Shown here: positions 57,640 through 64,000 of the stretch, one piece after another
Numbering within the stretch: the stretch's first letter is position 1
Layout: each line of letters opens with the position of its first letter
From: an uncultured Gammaproteobacteria bacterium
Lineage (GTDB): Bacteria; Patescibacteriota; Microgenomatia; UBA10105; UBA927
Direction: 5' to 3'
Assembly (NCBI GenBank): GCA_964527425.1
Contig: CAZGOA010000002.1
Location: forward strand, 5,000-68,999
DNA length: 64,000 nucleotides
Notes under the pieces: model-generated
Seen by the model: the letters and a program-made list of their open reading frames with translations, nothing else
Database searches by the model: none
What the model was told of the DNA's origin: nothing
Made by a program: the position numbers and the translations under genes

Positions 57640-58077
57640 TTAATTTGCTTTGGCTGCTTTAGGGCCACTATTACTTTTTTTACTTCCGTATCGACTTCGT
57701 CCTTGCTTTCTTGTTTCTACTCCGGTCATATCATATTTTCCTCGCACTATATGATATTTTACACCTGGAAGATCCGGAACACGTCCTCCTCGTACCAACA
57801 CGATTGCGTGTTCATTGAGCGAGTGACCAATTCCTGGAATATATGCTGTTACTTCTTGTTTATTTGATAACCGTACACGAGCGACTTTTCGAAGAGCTGA
57901 GTTTGGTTTTTTGGGTGTCATGGTTTTCACCAATGTAACCACTCCTCTTTTAAACGGTGCTGTGAGTTGTTTAGTAACTCGGTCTTTTGAGTTAAAGAAT
58001 TTTCGCAATGCTGTCGCTTTTACTTTTGCTTGCTTTTGCGTTCTTCCTTTTCTGATTAATTGATTAATTGTTGGCAT
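57640..58077 (-). CDS. rpsL: 30S ribosomal protein S12 (with an about 12-aa internal insertion and C-terminal extension)
   Basis: [12 protein letters not shown]...[19 protein letters not shown]...[21 protein letters not shown]... Confidence 0.95.
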   Translation of the reverse strand: MPTINQLIRKGRTQKQAKVKATALRKFFNSKDRVTKQLTAPFKRGVVTLVKTMTPKKPNSALRKVARVRLSNKQEVTAYIPGIGHSLNEHAIVLVRGGRVPDLPGVKYHIVRGKYDMTGVETRKQGRSRYGSKKSNSGPKAAKAN

Positions 58078-58085
58078 ATTTTTAT

Positions 58086-61000
58086 TTAATTAACATTTAA
58101 CGCAGCGCGTTCTGGACTGACAGGAATCAGTCTGCCGATAATAACATTTTCTTTGAGTCCAAGCAATGTGTCGACTTTTCCAGCAATTGCTGCATCTGTT
58201 AAAACATTGGTTGTTTCTTGGAAAGAAGCCGCAGATAACCATGATTCAGTAAAGAGTGATGCACGGGTAATACCTAAGATCACTACTTGTGCTGTTGCTG
58301 GTTCTCCACCTTCTGCTAATACTCTTGCATTTTCATCTTCAAATCTTCTTCTATCAACTAGTTCTCCTGGAAGAAGAGTTGTATCTCCTGAGTAATCAAT
58401 GCGTACTTTATCACTCATTTTTCTAACTATTACCTCGAAATGCTTATCATTAATTGTAATACCTTGTGATTCATATACTCGTTGTACTTCATTAATCAGG
58501 TATTTTTGTGAACCTCTAAGTCCCCGTACTCTTAATACTTCTTTCAAATCTAAACTCCCTCGTGCTAATTGATCACCTGATGAAACCAATTCTCCATCTC
58601 TTACCAAAAGCTCCATTGTCCGTGGAATTATATATTCAAATTCATCAGAACCGAGTTGTTTATTCTTTATGTGAATAGTATACCCTGTATCTGTTTCTAA
58701 TACTTCGGCTGTACCAGAAATTTCTGCTATTGGTGACAAAATTCTTGGAAGTCTTGCTTCAAAAAGTTCTTCTACTCTCGGAAGTCCTTGGGTTACATCT
58801 AATCCAACGATACCTCCTGCATGTCTAACACGCATAGTAAGCTGTGTTCCAGGTTCTCCAATAGATTGAGCTGCAATAACACCAGCTGGTGTTCCCATCT
58901 CTACAAGGTGTCCGGTAGAAAAATCTCTTCCATAACACTTGGCACACAAACCTGCTTTAGCTGTACAAGCAATAGGTGAACGTATAATTACAGATTCAAT
59001 AGTATGTTCCTCAAGTAATTGAACATTATGTTCATCAATAAATACACCTGCTTCTAAAATTACTTTATTTTTATCTGTAACTACATCTTTTGCTAGATAT
59101 CGTCCAATAACACGCGCAGCTAATGATGCTTGACGATCTTCAGTTCTGCTGATTTCCCATCCTTCTGTTGTACCACAATCATCAAGTCTAATTAATGCAT
59201 CATGAGATACATCAACAAGTCTTCTTGTTAGATATCCTGCATCAGCTGTCTTAAGTGCAGAATCAGTGAGTCCTTTTCGAGAACCTCTTGTAGAAGTTAC
59301 GTATTCAAATATTGAAAGACCTTGTCGATAGTTACTTTTTGTAGGTAATTCAACGATTTTTCCAAGTGGATCAACAACTAATCCCTTTATAGCTGATAAT
59401 TGTTTTAATTGATCTTTTGAAGCACGAGCTCCTCCTGAGTCAATAATCATCTTAACGGGATTATCAGAACCTAATTTATCCCAAGTTTTATTTGCTACTG
59501 TTTCTGTAACTTCTATCCAAATATCATTAGATAAACGCTTCTTTTCTTCAAGTGTGATAAGCCCCATTTGATAATTACTATCTACTTCAGCAACTCTTTG
59601 TTCAGCTTCTTTAATAATTTCTGATTTTTCATCAATCATTTCACAATCAAATACTGAAACTGATAAACCACCACACACTGTTGCTCCCATAAAACCAATA
59701 TTTTTAATTTTATCAATTAATTCTACAACTTCTTCTTTCGTGTACAGTGAAAGTGCTTTAGTGATAATTGATTTAACAGTTGCTGCTTTTATTACTTGAT
59801 TCATGTACTGTAAACCTTCTGGAAGAATTTCATTAAACAGTATTCTACCAACTGTTGTAACTATTCTTTCTCCCTTTATGGAAACTCTTATGGGTATTCG
59901 CAACCCTAATCTTCCTGTTTGATTAGCGTATATTGCTTCTTCAGCATTTCCATACAACGCATATTCTTCATCTTTTTTACCTTCTAGTGAAGGATCGATT
60001 GTTGTTAAATAATAACAACCTAATACCATTTCTTTATTTGGAACCGTAATTGGAGATCCATCAGCTGGTTTTAATAGATTATGTGTAGGAAGCATTAAAT
60101 GAATAGCCTCTTGTTGACTACTTCCAGATAATGGAATATGAACTGCCATTTGATCCCCATCAAAATCTGCATTATATCCCGCACAGACACAAGGATGAAT
60201 TCGAATTGCAGAACCTTCAATGAGTATAGGGAAGAAGGCTTGCATACCTAATTTGTGAAGTGTTGGTGCACGATTAAGTAAAACCGGATGATTTTTCGTT
60301 ATTTCTTCTAAAATATCATACACTTCTGGTGTTCTTCGCTCTAGCACATTTTTTGCATTTTTTACGTTAGGAGCGATTCCTCGTACTATTAATTCACGTA
60401 AAACAAATGGCTTAAACATTTCTAAAGCCATATCTTTCGGAAGTCCACATTGTGTAAGTTTTAATTCTGGTCCCACAACGATAACGGAACGACCAGAATA
60501 ATCTACTCTTTTTCCTAATAAATTTTGTCGGAATCGACCTTGCTTACCTCTTAACATTTCAGAAAGTGATCGCAATGGCTGGATTACTGCTCTTGATGAT
60601 GGTCTTTGGGTGGCATCAATCAAACTATCCACTGCCTCTTGGAGCATTCTTTTTTCGTTTCTTAAAATTATTTCTGGCGCACCGAGTTCAACTAAATGGT
60701 TTAAACGGTTATTTCTATTGATAACTCTTCTATATAAATCATTTAAATCGCTTGTTGCAAAACGTCCACCAGTTAATTGAACCATAGGTCGCAAGTCGGG
60801 TGGCAATACTGGGACATTATTTAATATCATCCAGGACGGATCCATTTCTGCTTTTTTCATTCCGTCTACTACTCTAAGTCGTTTTGTAGCTTTTACATGG
60901 CGTTGACCACTTGTTTTAGAAATTTCATCGCGAAGGTTAGCCGCTGTTTTAGCTAAATCTATGTTTTTTACTACCTCTGCTACAGCCTCAGCACCCATTC

Positions 61001-61805
61001 CTGCCTCAAAAAAATCAACTGCATCATATTCCATTAGTCTTAAATATTCATCTTCAGTTAAGGTTGTTAATGGACGAATAGCTTTAACGGTGTTGACTAA
61101 CCAATTTACTATTTCTTGAATTTTATTTTTCTCTTCAGCAAACTTTGTCTCTAATTTTGCAATATCTTCTCTCTCTTTTAACTCAAGTTCTGATAATGCA
61201 AGACCTGCTGCCTCGCTGTTAGTAATTCGTTTTTTTACATCTTCTCTTTCTTTATCGTATTGTGTTTCTTTTTTAGATTTTTCATCTTGGAATCTGCGTT
61301 CTACATCTGCAAATCTTTCATCCTCTGCACCTGTTAATCGATCTAACACCTTCTGCTTTACTTCATCATTTACTGAAGTTACTAAGTATTGTGCAAAATA
61401 AATAACACCTTCCAATGCTCTTGGACTAACATCAAGTAATAATGATAATTTTGAAGGTGCCCCTTTGAAAAACCATACGTGTGCGACTGGTGCAGCAAGA
61501 GAAATGTGACCCATTCTTTCACGACGAACTTTACTTTGGGTAACTTCTACTCCACACTTATCACAGATAATACCTCTGTAACGAATTCGTTTATATTTAC
61601 CACAGTAACATTCCCAATCTTTTGTTGGACCGAAAATTCGTTCATCAAATAATCCATCTTTTTCAGGTTTTAGTGTTCTATAATTAATAGTTTCAGGCTT
61701 AGTCACTTCTCCATATGACCATGAAAGGATGTCTTCTGATGAGGCCACATTTACTTGTAAACCTGTAAAATCAATAATGTTTGCAAAATTTCCTTTTTTA
61801 TCCAT
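58086..61805 (-). CDS. rpoC: DNA-directed RNA polymerase subunit beta'
   Basis: Zn finger [23 protein letters not shown]. Catalytic [12 protein letters not shown]. Confidence 0.95.
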   Translation of the reverse strand: MDKKGNFANIIDFTGLQVNVASSEDILSWSYGEVTKPETINYRTLKPEKDGLFDERIFGPTKDWECYCGKYKRIRYRGIICDKCGVEVTQSKVRRERMGHISLAAPVAHVWFFKGAPSKLSLLLDVSPRALEGVIYFAQYLVTSVNDEVKQKVLDRLTGAEDERFADVERRFQDEKSKKETQYDKEREDVKKRITNSEAAGLALSELELKEREDIAKLETKFAEEKNKIQEIVNWLVNTVKAIRPLTTLTEDEYLRLMEYDAVDFFEAGMGAEAVAEVVKNIDLAKTAANLRDEISKTSGQRHVKATKRLRVVDGMKKAEMDPSWMILNNVPVLPPDLRPMVQLTGGRFATSDLNDLYRRVINRNNRLNHLVELGAPEIILRNEKRMLQEAVDSLIDATQRPSSRAVIQPLRSLSEMLRGKQGRFRQNLLGKRVDYSGRSVIVVGPELKLTQCGLPKDMALEMFKPFVLRELIVRGIAPNVKNAKNVLERRTPEVYDILEEITKNHPVLLNRAPTLHKLGMQAFFPILIEGSAIRIHPCVCAGYNADFDGDQMAVHIPLSGSSQQEAIHLMLPTHNLLKPADGSPITVPNKEMVLGCYYLTTIDPSLEGKKDEEYALYGNAEEAIYANQTGRLGLRIPIRVSIKGERIVTTVGRILFNEILPEGLQYMNQVIKAATVKSIITKALSLYTKEEVVELIDKIKNIGFMGATVCGGLSVSVFDCEMIDEKSEIIKEAEQRVAEVDSNYQMGLITLEEKKRLSNDIWIEVTETVANKTWDKLGSDNPVKMIIDSGGARASKDQLKQLSAIKGLVVDPLGKIVELPTKSNYRQGLSIFEYVTSTRGSRKGLTDSALKTADAGYLTRRLVDVSHDALIRLDDCGTTEGWEISRTEDRQASLAARVIGRYLAKDVVTDKNKVILEAGVFIDEHNVQLLEEHTIESVIIRSPIACTAKAGLCAKCYGRDFSTGHLVEMGTPAGVIAAQSIGEPGTQLTMRVRHAGGIVGLDVTQGLPRVEELFEARLPRILSPIAEISGTAEVLETDTGYTIHIKNKQLGSDEFEYIIPRTMELLVRDGELVSSGDQLARGSLDLKEVLRVRGLRGSQKYLINEVQRVYESQGITINDKHFEVIVRKMSDKVRIDYSGDTTLLPGELVDRRRFEDENARVLAEGGEPATAQVVILGITRASLFTESWLSAASFQETTNVLTDAAIAGKVDTLLGLKENVIIGRLIPVSPERAALNVN

Positions 61806-61872
61806 ATATTTTTATTGATCTTAATTTTGATTTAATAATTTAGCAAATGAAATTATTACTCCAAAATTGAGT

Positions 61873-64000
61873 TTAACTATTTTCTTCTTCCTCCATTGCA
61901 ACTAAATCTTCTACTGTTGGTTCTTCTACTTCTTCCTGATTTAATAATTCTTCAATTGTAGTAGCATCTGCAGCAACATCTGGAGTTTCTACTAACTGTT
62001 CTCCACTTGCTTCTGCTATCTCTTTCGCTTCATTTTTTATTTCTTCATCTTCCATATCTTCTGGTAATAATGGAGGTCCGGGTGGAGCAGGTGGTGGAAC
62101 TGGAGTCGTAACTGCACCAGTAGGTGTAACTTTTAATCCTAACGCTTGCAATTCTTTCACCAAAACTCTAAAAGACTCAGGTACAGTCGATGCTGGTATA
62201 TCACTTCCTTTTACAATAGATTCAAAAGCTTTTGCACGACCGACAACATCGTCAGATTTAATTGTCAACATTTCTTGCAGAATATAAGCAGCCCTATGAG
62301 ATTCTAGAGCCCATACTTCCATTTCTCCTAACCTCTGACCTCCCATTTGGGCTTTTCCACCTAATGGTTGTTGTGTAACTAATGAATATGGACCCGTTGA
62401 TCGAGCATGTGTCTTATCTTCTACCATATGACTTAACTTCAAAATATACCCTATTCCTACAACTACTGGCTCAGAAAATGCCTCCCCTGTTCGACCATCA
62501 TATAAAATACTTTTGCCATTCTTTGGTAATCCTGCTTGTTCTAACATCGTAGTTATTCGCTGTTCACCGACTGTTTCAAAGACTGGTACTCCTACTTTTG
62601 TGCCAATTTTTTGAGCTGCAAATCCCAAATGTGCTTCTAATAATTGACCCAAGTTCATACGTGAAAGAACGGATAAAGGAGAAATTATTACATCTACAGG
62701 AGTTCCATCAGACATATGAGGCATATCCGCTTGTGGCATAATCTTAGAAATTACCCCTTTGTTACCGTGACGTCCTGCTAATTTGTCACCTACCACAACT
62801 TTGCGACTTTGTGCGACTTTAACTATAATTTTTCTTATACAGCCAGGTTCTAATTCATCACCCTTTTCTCGATCCAATATTTTTACATCTACCACAATGC
62901 CACGCTCTCCATGTGGCATACGAAGACTCGTATCTCTAACTTCCCTCGCCTTTTCTCCGAATATTGCGCGTAATAATCTTTCTTCTGCTGTTAATTCAGT
63001 CTCACCTTTAGGTGCAATTTTACCTACTAAAATATCGTTGGGGCCTACTTCTGCTCCAACTACAATTATTCCATCCTTATCAAGATTTCGTAATGCTTCT
63101 TCTCCTACATTTGGAATATCACGGGTAGTTTCTTCTTCTCCTAATTTTGTATCAACAACTGCTGCCTCATGTTCTTCAATATTAATAGAGGTTAATACAT
63201 CTTCACGAACTAATCTATCAGAAACTACAATAGCATCTTCATAACCCAATCCATCAAAACTCATATATGCAATTACAACATTTGCTCCGAGTGCTATTTC
63301 CCCTCCATCACAAGAAGGTCCATCAATCAACACTGTACCTTCTTTTACTTTTTGACCTGTAGTTACTAATACATGTTGATTATAACTTGTAGATTGAGCG
63401 GTTCTTTTATATTTTTCAACTGAATATGTAGTTCTTTGACCATTTTTATCCTCAAAAATAACATGTGAAGCGTCAGCATAGACAACAGTTCCATCAGTCA
63501 AAGCTTTGATAACTCTCCCCATTGATTCCGCAATTGCTGCTTCCATACCAGTACCTACTATTGGAGCATCAGGACGTACTAGTGGAACGGCTTGACATTG
63601 CATGTGTGTTCCCATGAGTGCACGATTTGCTTCATCATGAGAAAGAAAAGGGATAAGTGAAGCTGGACCACCAACAACTTGTCTAGGTACTAAATCAATA
63701 TATTCTACATTAGAAACATCGCTCTCAAGGAATTCTCCTTTATATCTAACTGGTATTCTTTCCCCAATAATTACTCCATCATCAGTCATTGGTAAATCTG
63801 CGTGAGTAATATAATGATATTGTTCATCATCTGCAGATAAATATTCTATTTCACTACTTATTTTTACAATTGTTTTTTCACCTTTTGTTTCCTTAATAAT
63901 TTTTCTGTACGGTGTTTCTAGAAATCCATAATCATTAACTCTGCTATACAGCGCCATATATGTTACTAAACCGATATTAGGTCCTTCTGGACTTCGCACA
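61873..64000 (-). CDS. rpoB: DNA-directed RNA polymerase subunit beta, C-terminal about 708 aa (5' end outside window); acidic C-terminal tail
   Basis: ...GEMEVWALESHRAAYILQEMLTIKSDD... conserved C-terminal region. Ends in a Pro-rich then D/E-rich extension of about 75 aa. Confidence 0.95.
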   Translation of the reverse strand, partial: VRSPEGPNIGLVTYMALYSRVNDYGFLETPYRKIIKETKGEKTIVKISSEIEYLSADDEQYHYITHADLPMTDDGVIIGERIPVRYKGEFLESDVSNVEYIDLVPRQVVGGPASLIPFLSHDEANRALMGTHMQCQAVPLVRPDAPIVGTGMEAAIAESMGRVIKALTDGTVVYADASHVIFEDKNGQRTTYSVEKYKRTAQSTSYNQHVLVTTGQKVKEGTVLIDGPSCDGGEIALGANVVIAYMSFDGLGYEDAIVVSDRLVREDVLTSINIEEHEAAVVDTKLGEEETTRDIPNVGEEALRNLDKDGIIVVGAEVGPNDILVGKIAPKGETELTAEERLLRAIFGEKAREVRDTSLRMPHGERGIVVDVKILDREKGDELEPGCIRKIIVKVAQSRKVVVGDKLAGRHGNKGVISKIMPQADMPHMSDGTPVDVIISPLSVLSRMNLGQLLEAHLGFAAQKIGTKVGVPVFETVGEQRITTMLEQAGLPKNGKSILYDGRTGEAFSEPVVVGIGYILKLSHMVEDKTHARSTGPYSLVTQQPLGGKAQMGGQRLGEMEVWALESHRAAYILQEMLTIKSDDVVGRAKAFESIVKGSDIPASTVPESFRVLVKELQALGLKVTPTGAVTTPVPPPAPPGPPLLPEDMEDEEIKNEAKEIAEASGEQLVETPDVAADATTIEELLNQEEVEEPTVEDLVAMEEEENS

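Noticed and set aside
1-64000. CRISPR arrays, rRNA genes, transposases, integrases and phage genes.
   Set aside because: No regularly spaced direct repeats, no rRNA signature sequences, and no DDE, tyrosine-recombinase or phage structural motifs were recognised in any frame.

Overview
This is an AT-rich bacterial chromosomal window, judged by eye to be roughly one-third GC (not computed). About 75 genes are tightly packed and almost all lie on the minus strand. Lineage hints are only suggestive of a small-genome, CPR-like bacterium: ribosomal protein L30 is absent between S5 and L15; S14 is the Zn-ribbon Z type; L4, L17 and S9 carry Lys-rich extensions; RpoB has an acidic C-terminal tail; RNase Y lacks a membrane anchor; S12 has an internal insertion; and type IV pilus genes are present.

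Content from left to right:
- Type IV pilus locus: a partial pilM running out of the window, three prepilin-like genes on the plus strand, then pilC and pilB.
- A seven-gene co-directional operon, immediately upstream of and continuous with pilB/pilC: Leu/Phe-type amino-acid dehydrogenase, a PaaK/GH3-like adenylate-forming enzyme, a SAM methyltransferase, a sensor kinase and a CheY-like receiver. This linkage is the most unusual system-level feature in the window.
- A bacterial type A RNase P RNA, found by eye, with an extended -10 promoter.
- An M16 peptidase, an AI-2E permease, miaA-miaB, two tandem Cof-type HAD phosphatases, a LytR_C protein, HU, RNase Y, recX-recA and tRNA-Pro(GGG).
- Downstream of the tRNA, a block of poorly characterised genes: a 210-aa hypothetical, an acyltransferase-like protein, an alpha/beta hydrolase, a 3-TM protein and a Cys-rich secreted protein.
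- A near-complete ribosomal superoperon: rpoB, rpoC, rpsL, rpsG, then fusA, tuf, rpsJ, the S10/spc/alpha r-protein genes, secY, adk, map, infA, rpmJ, rpsM/K/D, rpoA, rplQ, rplM and rpsI.

Three insertions interrupt the otherwise universal order of that superoperon:
- About 6.2 kb between rpsG and fusA, carrying a CvpA-CAP fusion, a secreted bactofilin-like beta-solenoid membrane protein, a tightly linked DUF2130/endonuclease IV/AlkA-like base-excision-repair gene set, a 2TM protein and a flavodoxin.
- An orphan 172-aa ORF between rpsJ and rplC, together with a terminator-like hairpin abutting the rplC start codon.
- A P-loop kinase gene between adk and map.

Two copies of a 19-bp palindrome (TACCGATCCnGGATCGGTA-like) sit immediately 3' of rny and recA. 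No CRISPR array, rRNA, transposase or integrase was seen.
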